Below, one piece after another: positions 24,770-37,500 of a stretch of DNA of 64,000 bases. Both the position numbers and the translations under genes were made by a program. Below the pieces are notes generated by a model. The model had not been told where the DNA came from and did not search any database. It saw only the letters and a program-made list of their open reading frames with translations. Positions within the stretch are counted from its first letter, which is position 1. Each line of letters begins with the position of its first letter. The DNA comes from Felis catus (lineage: Eukaryota): contig NC_058382.1 of the NCBI RefSeq assembly GCF_018350175.1, forward strand, positions 60,886,001 through 60,950,000, given 5' to 3'.

Positions 24770-24944
24770 GTTGAAAACAGTGAGGGTGAGCACACTGGGC
24801 CACAAGAGATCAGCCCCTTTGTTTTCTGTATGAGGGAAGTTTGGTGGTGCACTTCAATTATGTCATTCATTTACTCGTTATTTAACTGAAATCACAACAT
24901 CAACCATGTGTAAGGCTCGGGGGCTACAGATAATGTCTTGTCCT

Positions 24945-25376
24945 CAAGATGCCTGGGTGACTCAGTCGATTACGAATCCAACTCTTTTTTTTTTTAATGT
25001 TTACTTATTTTTGAGAGAGAGACCGAGTGTGAGCAGGGGAGGGGCAGAGAGAGAGGGAGACACAGAATCCGAAGCAGGCTCCAGGCTCTGAGCTGTCAGC
25101 ACAGAGCCTGACGCGGGGCTCGAACCCACAAACTGCGAGATCATGACCTGAGCCGAAATTGGATGCTTAACCGAATGAGCCACTCAGGCGCCCCAAGCAT
25201 CCAACTCTTGATTTCAACTCAGGTCACGATCCCAGGGTCATGGGATTGAGCCCCCATTGGGCTCTGTGCTGAGCAAAGAACCTGCTTACAACTCCCTCGT
25301 TCTGTCTCTTTCTGTCTCTCTGCTTAAGAGTCTCTGTCTCTGTCTCTCTCTCTCTCTAAGACATTTAAAAAAAAAG
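24945..25376 (+). mobile_element. Older Can-SINE split in its head by a nested SINE
   Basis: gcctgggtgactcagtcg..atccaactctt [insert] gatttcaactcaggtcacgatc ... CT tract, A tail. Confidence 0.85.
24987..25194 (-). mobile_element. Can-SINE (nested)
   Basis: TSD atccaactctt at 24976-24986 and 25199-25209. Confidence 0.9.
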
Positions 25377-28192
25377 CCTTGCCCCTCACAAAGCTCTGAG
25401 ACGGGGGTGAATGGGGTGAAATAAGGGAATAAGTAAGGTATGTCCGCCCAGGGACCCTGTGTGAGGCACAAGCCTGGAGGGGCCTCAGCCAGCCTGGTGT
25501 GGGCATAGAAAGCCTCTGGAAGGTGTGGGTGCCCCCATACATGGGTCAGGCCACCCTCCTGTTGGGGACCCAGGCAGGACATCTCACAGTGAAGGTGCTG
25601 GGCCAAATGCACCCTGCCTGGGGGTGGACTGGCCTCTCAGGAAAGTCGGTGAGGGCCGCTGTGTCCCTCTAGCCTCATGTGGCCCTGCCCCTGCTGGCAG
25701 CAGACAGAAAACCACTTTGGTTTGACTGTACTTTGCCTCTTGGTTTTTGGGAGACGGAGCCGTGTGGCTTGTCAGTAAGAGAGGGGCTGGCGGAGTCCTT
25801 TGCGCCCCTCTTGGCCCACCCCTGGCTGCAGGTGTGCAGCTCCCCCTTTCTCTGTCCCCACCCCTGCAGGAGTCACCATCAGCCGCCCTCCAGCCCCACC
25901 CCACTGCTCAGAGACTGTGGTGCACCGACCTCTCTCTGTCTTCCCCCTGCCCTCTCTGTCTGTACCTCTTTCCTCCGTGGTCCCCCCACCTCTCTCTGTC
26001 CCTCCTCATGCCTCTCTCTCCTGTCTCTTCCCATCTTGAAAGACAGGAGAAATGGAAGTGGAGATCTTCTCTTGGTGATAATTATTGAAAAGTTCAGTGC
26101 AGAGACAGACAGTGATGCTATGAGGAGGGAGAAGGGGGAGAAGATATTAAAATGCATGTGCACAGCTTGGCTTTGCAGCAGATGTTGGCATAATTAGAGA
26201 GGAAAAAATTATGAAATTAATTTGTGGTTCAATGTAAATTTCAGCGCTGGGCTCCAGTCACCTCGTGTGCACAGATAGACACACACACATGCACACACAG
26301 CCCAGCTGCCAGGGAAGTGGTAATTGTCAGAACCTATCCAGGGGAAGAGACTGGCATGAAAAATGGGGGAAGGGGGCCGAGGGTGGGATGCGTCCTCTTA
26401 AAGGCACAGCCGCTTGAGGGAGGAGAATGCCTCTCCCCTGCGGAGGACACTGCTGCCCTCCGCTTAGGGTAGGCGCACGCACCGCTGGGCCCTGCGGGTG
26501 TCCCCGCACCCCCACTGCAGAAGGGGAGGGTGGGCGGCCCGGTCACATCACTTTGTGGCAGATTAGAAGAGAGAACTACTCTCTGCTGGTGGGGGGCCCA
26601 GCTCTGGGCAGCAGCGGTGCAGCTGGTCCAGGGGTTCGGTCTGTCAGCCGGAGTGGGGGATGGGAGCAGGTGCGAGGATCGCGGGAGCAAAGGCAGGGAA
26701 GCCGTGCGGTGCAGGTTTGGTGACGGTGCGTTGTCACCTTTTGGCTGGTCCTAGGTGCGCTGAGGGTGAATGCCCAGTGGGAGTCCCGGACAGAGGAGGG
26801 GGAGTGAGTAGGCATCGGGCAGGCCTGTCACTGAGCCTCCCAGCTCTGTTCTCTCTCCCTCCCTCTCCTGTCCGTTGTACGTTTCTGGTTTCCCTCCGTC
26901 ACGTCGGCCCGTTGCCGGGACCTCTGACACCAGGATGCTGCCTCCTTTCTGGAGACTGCGCGGCAGAGACATCATGTCCAACTGCACCACGCTGGTGCTG
27001 GCAGCCTGGCCCTCCCCCACCCTCTTGGCCGGACCTCCCCCCTCCCCCATGCTGCCCTCTACCAGGCTGGGCTGGCTGGGTGACCCTTTGGCCTCAGTTT
27101 CACTCCCTGCCCCATGAGGGCTGGGCGGGGCCTTCCATCTGTACCCTGGGTGCCCTGGGTACGTCAGAGGAGGAGAAGGTGTCCCTGGAGGCCCCTGCCC
27201 TCCCACCAGCTGCCACCTTGGCCTCCCTTCACCTGTGAACAAGGACAAGTTATTGTTAATACAGCACCCACCACCCTCTCAGTATATCCCCAAATCCAGA
27301 GGAATCACCCACAGCCAACTTGGAGGCTCTGACCGGAGCCTCGGACCCCCAGGGCCTCTGACTCCACCCCCCACGGACGCTGGGCCTTCCTGTCATCTTA
27401 AAGCCAGGTCATTTCCAGCATGTCCCTTTCAGGAGCTCAGGAGTGTGCCCCGCGCCCTTCGTGAGCTGTTCCAGCCTGCCGGGAGCTCCTTCTCACCCCT
27501 CCCACCTCAGCCTCCAACACGCCTGGACACAAGCCCTCCACTGGCCCGGCCCATCGTGACCCCTGCGTTCCCCTGATGAGTCCTCATCCTGATGCATCAT
27601 GCTCAGGCCTTCCTCCTCCAGGAAGCCCTTCCTGACCACCCACTAAAGGGTAGGCATTTGTCCCAAATTGTCAGTGATGTCTGTGCCCCTCCCTGCAGGA
27701 TCACAAGCCTCTTCAAACACTGCGCGAGCTACCGCAGGGCTGGGTAGGTGCCCGCAGTCTGCTGGTTGGCTGCATCCTCTTGGGGAGGCCTGTCCGCATG
27801 TTCTCAGATTCATTATCCACGTCTCCATCTTTCCTTGACCCTCCCAGGACCTGAGAAGGGTGTTCACTCCAAGACTCAAGCATTGCAGTCGGTGGGGTGC
27901 TCGCCCGCAGGGCATCCCAGTGGCCATTCTGCACATGTCTGGCAGAGGCTCCTGCTTGGCTCCGCGGCATGGCCACTGGTCACAGTCACTGGGTGGCAGG
28001 GAGCCCCCAGCCCAGGCAGGTTCAGAGGAGACAGCTGGGTGGCCATTCGGCCCCTCAGGACTGGAGCCATCGCTTGACGGCACGTCCGTGTGGGCCCAAC
28101 GCCGTGCGTCTGCTGCCTCCTCTGGACAGGACAGGACTTGTGCGGGACTCCGGTCCCAGGCCAGAGCCTCTCCGGAGACCCTGATGAAGCTG

Positions 28193-28213
28193 AGCCCTCT
28201 CCAAGGTGCTGAA
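28193..28213 (-). promoter_or_regulatory. REST/NRSF binding site (RE1/NRSE)
   Basis: Reverse complement is TTCAGCACCTTGGAGAGGGCT: canonical 2-nt spacer with the common GGAGAG right-half variant. Confidence 0.7.
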
Positions 28214-28346
28214 GCCATCTGAGCTAGGCCACAGAGTTGGGGGGGGGGGTGTCAGCTTCCTGTCCCTGACGCCTCTCTGCAGGGCCAGTGGAAGGCTGTT
28301 GCTCCCTAACATTCTCCAGTCTGGACTCCTGAAGGATGAGAAGGCA

Positions 28347-28476
28347 AAAACACACAGGCTTTGGGGACAGACCGACCCGTCCCTGTGTGTGCCCAGGGCA
28401 GCGCATCCCTTAAAAGACACAGGCTTTGGGGACAGACCGACCCGTCCCTATGTCTGCCCAGGGCAGCACATCCCTT
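28347..28476. repeat. 65-bp tandem duplication
   Basis: acacaggctttggggacagaccgacccgtccct...gcccagggcagc.catccctt at 28352 and 28417. Confidence 0.9.
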
Positions 28477-28999
28477 CTCGAGCCCACTTCTCCGGCTGTC
28501 CCATGGGGGAGGTGCAGGGAGAAGGAGGGATGGTGGAGATCAGGGCTCAGGCTGCGGACAGCCGGGCTTGGGCCGGTCAGGGCCGATGTCTGTCTCTGGG
28601 GCAACAGCCATGGGACTGCCCCCACACTGCCCCTGAACTTGCCCCCAGAGCAGCCCGACGCTCCCTTCCCCACGCCCTTCGGGCAGAACAGCCTCTGGAT
28701 TCTGTTTCTTTGTTTCAACTCCTCCACATTTACTTCCTTCTTCATAACATAAATAAGCCCAAGGAAGGGAGGTTGGATCTGTGTCTGTGTGCATCTCGTG
28801 TGTGTGAGTGGGTGTGCCCACGCTTGGAGGCACGCAGGGAGTAGGGCTGTGTGCCGCACCTGCCCCGGGCCTGTGCGTGGAGGGGGAGTGTGCTGGGTGG
28901 GCCATGGGTCTGTGCGTCCATCCGTGTGCCTGCCGTGCAGCGTGTGGACATGCGTGTTCCTGGGGTTATTCCCAGCGGCCCCCCACCCCGCTCCACTCC

Positions 29000-29175
29000 C
29001 CAGCTCATTAAGGCTCTCCCATTATTCTGACATTTGTGCGCGTCACGTACTGGCAAGAAGTAATTTACTTAGAAGAAATTAAAAGTTCATTTTAATTGAG
29101 CGCACACTGCAGTATGCAAATGAGCACATTATGCACCCGACGCAGAGACAAAGCTATAATCAGCGCTTAACCCTG
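29000..29175. promoter_or_regulatory. Candidate POU/homeodomain enhancer
   Basis: Octamer ATGCAAAT 29114-29121, several TAAT/ATTA cores, inverted repeat AATTAAAA-N5-TTTTAATT; non-repeat AT island. Confidence 0.5.
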
Positions 29176-32100
29176 CACGCGCCGGGCCTCCACCCCTCTG
29201 CTGCCAGGGCTGAGCCGGTGGTGCCGCGGTCCCGGCCTGGCAGAGGGCCCCCGTCTCCCAGGCGGGGGCTGGCCGCCCTGGGACGGTGCATCATCCCCCC
29301 TGAACCTTATGTGAACTCTTTCCAGGTGTCAGCAGCCACGTGAGCGCAGGTGCCCTGGGGAGAGACCCGGGCTCTGAGCCACCTCGGGCTCCAGCCAAGG
29401 TCCCTGCTGTCTGTGGGGCCAGGCTCACCCGGGCCCCCAGCTGCCCAAACCAGGCCAAGCACAGAGCAGAGAAGCCCTGAGACCTGTGACTGCCACCCTG
29501 CGGTAGGAGGGTCTCTGGGTGGTGGGCGCTAAGGACAGACTTCCCAGGCCTGTGACGTGGGGCCTGCTGTCCAGCATGTGCACCAGCCCCGTAGAGGTAG
29601 AAGGGAGGGCAGGCTCCCCTGGGGCCTGAGCGCTTAACACTGCCCAGCGTCTGGGCCGATGAAGCGGGGGCAGAGCCCAGGGTGACCTGTGGGACCTGTC
29701 ACACCATGCACGCCCGGCCCGGCGCCCTCCTGGTCCACAGCAGGCGTGTCCACCCCGCTTACCGCCGTTTATCGTCGTGCTCCTGGAAGTTCAGGGGACC
29801 AAGTGGTGTGCCCAAGTGCTGGGGAGATGTCAAGGGATAGGGCTGGCATCTGTCCTTGTGACCCGCTGGAGTGCCTGTGTGACCTGGTGGGGGGCACGGG
29901 ACCCTCCTCCAGTGCCCGGGGAGACACACATGGGCCCTGGTGGACCCCCGTGGGCACACACCTCGCCCCACACAGAGGAGCAGGGAGGCGGACAGCAGCC
30001 AGGGTCTCCAGCCAGAGGTCAGAGAGGAGCGTCTGGTTCCCGCTGTGTGTCCTGCACAGCGCGTCTCCTTTCCTCATCTGTCAGTGGGGCTGGCTGTGGG
30101 GGGCCGCCCGCAGCGGCACCCAGCCCACGCTAGACCCTGTGCCCCACTCGCTGCCGCGTGCCGTGTGCCCTCCGCCTCTGTGTCTCCTCTTGGCCCTGCC
30201 GTGCGCTCGAGGCGGGTCAGCACCTGTGCAGCTCAGCCCAGCCCACCCCAAAGTGGTGAGGGGCGGGGTGGGCTCCTGCTAGAGCTGTGCGCGGTCCCTG
30301 GGTTGTTGTTTTTACGTGGGATTTTCCCTACCTGTCAGACCTGGGATTGTTAATGACGGTGAAAATGAAGCTGGTTCACAGATGTGAGCTGACAGCCAGC
30401 TGCGGGAGGGAGACGATTACCTCCAGACCCAGCCCACGATGCCCACGGATCCAAACAAAGGAGCCATCCGGGCTCACTCGCATGAGCGGAGACAGCAGGG
30501 GCCCGAGCAAGCTGTTCCCGCCCTCCCAGGGCACCCGCCCCGCCGCTGGGTAGACCCCACTGACTGGGTTCGGTCTCTCGGGGGCCAGGGGCAACCCAGC
30601 CACAGCCCCCCCACCCAGCTGCTCCGCGTCCACATGCTCAGGGTCTGTGCTCTGCCAGCCCCCCGCCCCCAGCCACGCCCCTCAGCCCTGCGTGGCTCAG
30701 CCCCCGAGTGCCTTGCTGTTCTGTCTGCCAGGCTCCCTGAAGGGACACGTGCAGGACAGGGAGCCTCTTGGACCCTGGGGGGGCAAGGACCTTGGGAGGG
30801 CCCCGGGGATCAGCCAGTGGGACCCTGGAGGGTGGTTTTGGGTTCACTGGGCCTCGGTGGGCCCAGGGATCTGCATTCTCAGCAGGTGCCTCCAGGCCAC
30901 CCTGAGAAGCCCTGTGGGCTGTACCGCGGGGCCCTCGGGCCTCGCCCTGCAGACAGGAGCCCTCCAGCAGCCCCACCCCCACACAGAAGGCGGCCCCTCC
31001 TCTCAACTCCCTGGGAGGAGGGCTGGTGGTGGACGGCCTGGGCGAGAAGGGGTGCGGCAGTGGGGTGTCTTTCCTGAGTTTCCTGGAGCTACCCCCCTCC
31101 GGCCCCAGCTGCCAGGCTGAGTCCCCACAGGGTGGTACCTGGAGAGCCGAGCCGCTCTGCACCGGTTGTGTGCTGGCCTGTTTCCGTCCCCCCTCCATCA
31201 CAGCCACGTCCTGGCAGCTCTCCTGAGTGGGGTGAGAGCCCCCCAGCCCCCTCCAGCAGAGGAGTCCATGGTGAGGGGCCTGGCTGCGTTGGGGAACCGA
31301 GCCCTTGTCCAGGCCCTGACTCACCTGCACTGGCTCTGAGGGTGTCTCGTCACCTGCGGGCCGCACGGTGGGTGCTCCGGGGCCGCCCTCCTTCGCCAGA
31401 CCCTCTTCCTACAGCCAGCGGGTCTGCTTCTGGATGTCATCGTGTCCCTGATCCTGCTACCGCTGTCCCTCCCTAACCTCACCACACCCTGTGTCTTCGG
31501 GCCTCCTGTGCTGAGGGGCACGTCCCTGTGGTCATCGTCACGGCCTGTGGCTGTGCAGCTCTGGTCATCGTGGGCTTCTGCGGTGGAGCATGTGCGTCAC
31601 TGCCTGCTGGCACCCACCTTGTTAGGCACAGTACACCTGGGGTACCCTGGGGTATCTCCTCCAGGCCACAGGATGGCCAGCTGCAGAGCACAGCCCTTCC
31701 AGGACCCAAGTCTCTGTGACCCCAAGGCCCGTGTTCTTCGTCCTGGTGCCCTACTGAGCCGGGCAGCAGATCTCCCATCTGGTGTGGGTGGCCAGCCATC
31801 CAGGCGCAGCCCAGCGAGTGCACCACTCACCAGCTGCCGCGGGTCTTGGCGGCTGCGAGAAAGCTTGGCGGGAGCAGGCTGTTCCTGGGTCCGCGGCCCA
31901 GTTCTCCTCCGTGCTGGCAGCCACGTGACTTCTCGAGGAGTCTACACCCCTGCATGTGGGGTGTAGATCACCCCTGGTAGGAGCGCCCTGGAGCTTATCT
32001 ACTCCAGGAGGAAACAGCTGGCAGCCGGTGGCTCCCCGGAGTTCCTGTGGGTCGTGGGGAAGGCGCTGTGATCGATTAGTGATGTCTGCCCTGGCTCCGG

Positions 32101-32829
32101 ATGAGGCCAGGCCTATTGTGGTGCAGAGAAGCAGAGTCTGTGAGAAGGGCCAGGGCCTGGCCTGGATCAGGGCCCTCTGTCCTAATTCCAAAGCTGCGGT
32201 TCAGGTGGCGTCTGTGCACTTTAGGAGATGCCGGACGATGCCCTCGTGCAGCTGTGCTGCTAGCTGCCGTCAGGCGTGGCAGTGGGCCGCCCTCACCCAG
32301 GTTTGCAGTGTGGGCAGGTGTGGCCCAGGCAATTCGTGGCTACTGGTCTGGTGCTCGTGGGGCTGGGGGACAGGGACCGGCTGTGTGCCCCTGTCCCTGC
32401 CACACTGAAGATGAGGCCTTTGCCTCCAAGTCTCCCCCGTTAAACATGGTCTCTGGGGAAACTGGAGCTGCCTGGTCACTTCGATGTTCCAGACTTTTCC
32501 AAGCGGATGGATGCCCTGCTGTCCTTTGCATGGGGATTTCAGCCACAGCACACAGCAGTGTTGCTGAAGACAGGACCGTGCTGGGGGCGCCGGGCGTCCC
32601 CACTCCAGCCCGCAACCACCTGTGGAGTCATTAGTGTCCTCACAGCAAGATGAAGGCTCAGTTACACGGTGACGCGGTCAAGTGCAGGGCACTGGCCTCG
32701 CTCTGCCTTCATCAGGGCCTTTCTGAGATCTCACAAGCCCTGAATCCGACCAGAACAAAGGACCCAGCTCCCCAAACATCTCCAGAGTGCCTCCTGCCCC
32801 CTTGGCCCTTACTGTCACAAGCTCCATCA

Positions 32830-33000
32830 TTTGGAGGGACGTCCTCCTCTGCCTGTGAAAAGCCTTCTCCTCCAGGGCCCAGGGCAGATGCCACCTCCTC
32901 CAGGAAGCCTGCCTTGACCACTCCTGTGAAAGCTCGTCTTCCCTCTGACATTGGAGGGCTCTCTGTAGCTTTCCTCTGCCGCCCCTCAGTGAGTGCAGAC
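32830..33000 (+). mobile_element. L2 fragment
   Basis: agatgccacctcctccaggaagcctgccttgaccac. Confidence 0.55.
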
Positions 33001-33329
33001 TTGTCACTCTGGTGGGGAGGCAGCCACACGTACCCACCGCGGCCCCCAGCACTGTGCTGACGCGGGATCTGGTGTGCCGTGGAGGCTGTAGCCTAAATGA
33101 CCAAGTGGATGGAGACAAGGGGCGGCTAAAAGGCCCAGGTATCTCCAGTTCCTGAAGATTGGAGGTGGGGGTCATTAGCAGACCCCCAGGAGCACCCGTC
33201 CCTGCACTGTCGGGCCCCTGAGGCCCCCTGTACGGGCAGCCTGGCCCCGAGGACTCGGGCCTTCGGGCGGGCTGGCTGTGCCCCACGCGGGCCCTCCCAC
33301 ACGGCTCCAGACAGCAAACAGGAAAGAGT

Positions 33330-33480
33330 TAAGTCCTCTGCGAGGAGGAAGTGGTAAACAATTTTCTCTCCCTCGGCTAAATTAATATGCAAATTCCTGC
33401 ACCCCTCCACTCCCTTCCCCTGCCTCGAAATTAGCGAGGTAGAATGCTCGGGCTAATTATGCATTCAAACGAACAGGCGG
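33330..33480. promoter_or_regulatory. Candidate SOX/FOX/POU enhancer
   Basis: GAGGAAGTG (ETS) abuts GTAAACA (FOX, 33354-33360), which overlaps AACAAT (SOX, 33357-33362). Octamer at 33387-33394 and CTAATTATGCAT downstream. Confidence 0.5.
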
Positions 33481-34524
33481 CTTCTGGCGCCAAGAGGGCG
33501 CCGGAGGAAACTGACGTGTGTGCGTGCAGCCCTTCTGTGCATCTGGAGCCGCTCTCGTGTGCCCCACAGATGTGACCCGGCAGTGACCGCGGCCACCCGG
33601 GCTCAGGAAGAGGTGCGGGGACTAGCACCCTCTGCACCTCCTGGCCCCAGGCAGGGGAAAGGGGAGAGGAGAGATCCTGCACACCGCCCCTCTTCCCCAT
33701 CCGCCAAACCCACAACCCACCCTGCAAATACGCCCCCCAGGATCCCGCGGTCGGGACTGTGAGTGGGGGGCTGCGGTGATGGCTGCCATCGGGAGCCGGG
33801 CCGGGTGTGGGACAGCGAGGTCCAGGCTGTGGTGGACAAGCCCTCTCGCTGCAGGGAGAGGCCTCCATGCAGGACGGGCAGGGGTGATCGTGGGAACATC
33901 ACCTCCACCCCTCTCGCAACAGAGCAATACTCACAAACCGTCCTATGTGTTGTGGTTGTAGGCTGAATCTCATCCCAGAAAGATGTTTTTTCTGCAAAGT
34001 AGGAATTCGTACAACAGGAGACAAGAGGGCCTGGAGGCCGCCTGGGGCCAGGGTTGAACAGAGTCAGCCGGAAGCAGATGGGTTCAGGAGGTGAACAGGG
34101 GCCACACCTCTGTCCTCTTCTTGAAGGGCTGGTTCCTCCCCCCGCCCGCGAGGTCTGGCCCATCCTTGCAGCCTCCCCCCACTGCCCCCCGTCAGCCTTT
34201 GCTCCCAGGGGACCCCCAGGGCCGCTGTTCCTTCCCCGAACTCCTGGGGCCACTTCTGCTCTGCACCTATATGTATTGGGTGTGGGGTTTGATTTCCCGG
34301 AGGCTGACAGCGTGCCCCGACTTGTCCAAGCCCCTGGCAAGCCCTCGCCCTGGAACGTCTGCTGACGAGCCAGAGTGGCAGGACGCCCCTGGGTGAGGGG
34401 CTCCAATGACTAGAGACCCTCGCCTCTCCCTGGAGGTCATAAGGACCCTGAAGCAGTCAGACGGGTGGCTGGGTGGCCCAGCCTGGCAACTTACGGTGGA
34501 GACAGGCCGGCAGGCTGCCCGAGG

Positions 34525-34596
34525 CCCTGAGTCATCAAGGGTCAGAGGAGAAAGACCCAGTCACCCTGGGTGATCCAGGGTCAGAGGAGAAAGACC
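34525..34596. repeat. 39-bp-period tandem duplication
   Basis: agggtcagaggagaaagacc at 34538 and 34577, with similar left extensions. Confidence 0.8.
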
Positions 34597-37500
34597 ATCC
34601 CCGCTCTGAGTTTCCTCACCTGGAATCAGAGGTGTGACCCAGGCTCTGGAGAACACAGGACTGGGCAGTGCACGCCCTGGGTCCTGGGTCCTGGGCCCAG
34701 GGCTATGGCTTGGGTCAAGCCACGTCCTCAGGCATTCCCTGAAGGCTCTAGTGCCCAGCAATGATCTCAGCAGCAGGCCCCTGAGAGCAGACATACAAAT
34801 CCAGAAGAACCCTCCTCCCCACAGGGGAGGGCGAGGCCGGGGCTAGAGAAAGCACGGTGGGAAGATCCTGGGCCCCTCGGGCTGGCGAGGAGCAGCAACA
34901 GGCCCCAGGCCCTCCCCCTCCCCCACACCTGCCTCTTTCTGCCCCTCCCGGGGAACAGCCCAGATTCCCAGAGCTGGAAGGATCAGGAAGGTGCACAAGC
35001 GCACGTGGGCCCCCAGCAGCGACAAGGATGGGTGGAGGACGTTGAATCTGCATGGGGTGCGGTGGGGCAGGGATGTGTGATGGCAGCCTTCCCCGACGCC
35101 CATGGCAGGCGCTCGTGAGCCGCATGGACGGGCGGCCGAGGAAGGCAAGTCGCCTGGGAGAAGCGGTGCATCTCGGAGCCGCCAACATCTCTGCCGATCG
35201 ATAGGGACCCCAGGCTCCGAGCAGCGGACAGCGGGTAATGAATAGGAGCAAGTAGACAGGCGGATTGATTAGGCTCGGGCTGGGGAGGCTCTTGAAGAAG
35301 GAAGGACGGAGCAGAGGTGGGGCGTCCATGGAGGGCTCAGGGAGAGGGAGCTGAGAACGAGGTCCGACGCGGTCTGGCCCCGGGTGTATCTGGGGGGCCC
35401 GGCCGGTGAGCCAGTGTCTGAGACAGGGCCGAGCCACCTGCCCCACCACGTGCGGCCTGGGCTCCTGGAGGTGCGGACGGAGGCCATGCCCGACCCCACT
35501 CCCGACCTGGGCGGCACTGTTGGGTGGGCTCGGCGGTGGGCACGAGGCACTCTGGGCTGGGGTCTCGGGAGGGGAGAGGTTCCCGGAAACACCGCCTCCC
35601 AGGAGATGTGAGGCCGCCCCTCGTCGGGGCTTGTCCCTCTGACGGTGACGCATGGCCCCACTAATCCCCCACACGCGGTTGTTAATTCTGCCGCAGCTGC
35701 TGCCCCCGCCGCAAATTAACACTATTTGTTCTGCCGAACGTGTGTTATTCCGACACTACACACATAGCTTATTACCTCGCCGGCAGCGAGGGGAGGAAGG
35801 TGGCCGCGGCTGGGGAGCGGACGGGGATGTGGCCCCTCTGGTTCCTCTGACTGCGCCCCCCAGCCCCCGCCACCCTGGCCCAAGCCCATCGCCTGCACGG
35901 GGGAGGGCACCGGCACTGGACCCGTGGACCGTGACCTTGAAGGACCGGCGTCGTTCCTGGGGGAGGGTCCTGGCTCCCCTCTGCCCATCCTGGTGGCCAC
36001 GCGCAGGGCTCTGGCCTGCTGTTCTGGCAGCTCCTTTCTGCACCTCCAGCTCCATGGCCTTGGGGGGGAGACTTGACCTCTCTCTGAGTCCCCGTGCCTG
36101 CCTCCCCAGCAATTAGACAAGACCCCCTGGGCACAGCTAAGGCTTGGCTCCGTTAATGGCACTGTTACCAAGTGTTTCCCTGCCCCCAGAGGTGAGAGTT
36201 CTCTGCATCGCAGGCAGTTCAGTCCACCAGGGTTCAGTCCAGAGGCCAGGACAGGGGGCTATGGCTCTGACGTGGAGTCCCAGGCCGGACCCTCCTCTGT
36301 AGGTAGGCAGAGTGGGGGAGGGGAGGCCCATGGGCAGAGTCTCCCAAGTGGGGGCCCCGAGAGCATGAGGGACACATGTTGCCCAGGAAAGCCCCGGGGG
36401 CAGAACTCGGGCCCTGGTGGGCACAGCCTCCCCGTAGCTGCCACCTACAGACCCGAGCTTGGGGCCCAGCAGACCCCTCACGTGACTGTGCTTCCTTGCA
36501 CCCTGTGGGGATCTCAGTGGGGATCTCAGGGGAGCCATTTGTCCCCCCCCAGCCCTCCCTGAGTAGAGGCACCAAATGCAGGAAGGCAGAGGATTTTGTT
36601 AAAAGACCGGCCACAGGCCGACTTCTCCTTAGACCCTTAGGCCGGGAGCACAAGGAGCCCTCCAGGCGGAGCCCTGCCAGACTGTCCCTCCTCCTGAGCC
36701 TCCTGCGTTTGAGGGGTATGTTCTGTACCTCCAGGTGTGGGGTGCAGAGTGAGGCCGTGCTTGGGGGCTCACACAGCACCCCGGGCCCCCAACCAGGGGC
36801 TTTCTAGGGTCCCAAGCCCCTTTCCCTACTAACAGCACAACCAGGTACTGACGCTTTCTTCATAAAGGTCGCTGGACTAGAAGGTTGCATTGGGCCCCTG
36901 GGCCCCCTAGTCCCCCATGAGGGGGCCCCTGGGGAAGACCCCGGGTAGCTGATAGCAGTTGCCAGCTTTGGCTAAATGGAGCCTGGTCGGCACCAGCTGG
37001 TATTTCCTGGGGTGATTTGGGCCAGGCACCGTGTCTGTGAACTCGAGTGTGGCTGGAAGCATCATCCTCTTTTACAGATGAGCCTGGAGGGACCACACAG
37101 CAGGCAGCCCCTCCCACACCCCTCTGCCCCCGCCCCCACCGAGTGCAGCTGGTCTGGACACCCCCTGCCCTCCTCTCCTCCAGCCCCACGGCCTTATCCA
37201 ACAACCCAGCAGTGAGGACACACTCCCCGCGGGTTGTAGAGCACACTGGAATGCCTGGAGCCTGATCTGGGGAGAGGAGGGGGGCTCCCCGAGTGTGGAC
37301 AGAGGTGCTGAAGGGCCGGGACAGACAGCAGGGAGCAGGCAGCCAGCTTCAGGGCCGTTAGGGAGCGTCTGACTGCCCGGGGCTCCCCAGGCAGCCACCC
37401 CAAGGGCCCTGGCCTGGAGCCCCAGCCGTGAAGCATGGAACGCTGCAGGGGGGCTGGGAGTCGGGGCGGTGCCGCAGCCCGCCTCCCTCCAGGCCGAATG

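Noticed and set aside
24676..34596. Short direct repeats as a CRISPR-like array
   Set aside because: Three unrelated two-copy tandem duplications in eukaryotic DNA, with no repeat-spacer array or cas genes.
34748..35722. 324-aa minus-strand ORF
   Set aside because: Low-complexity GC-driven composition, no exon signals or homology that I can recognise.
37297..37312. Third RE1 (GGACAGAGGTGCTGAA)
   Set aside because: The right half-site is flipped relative to the left; non-canonical and weak.
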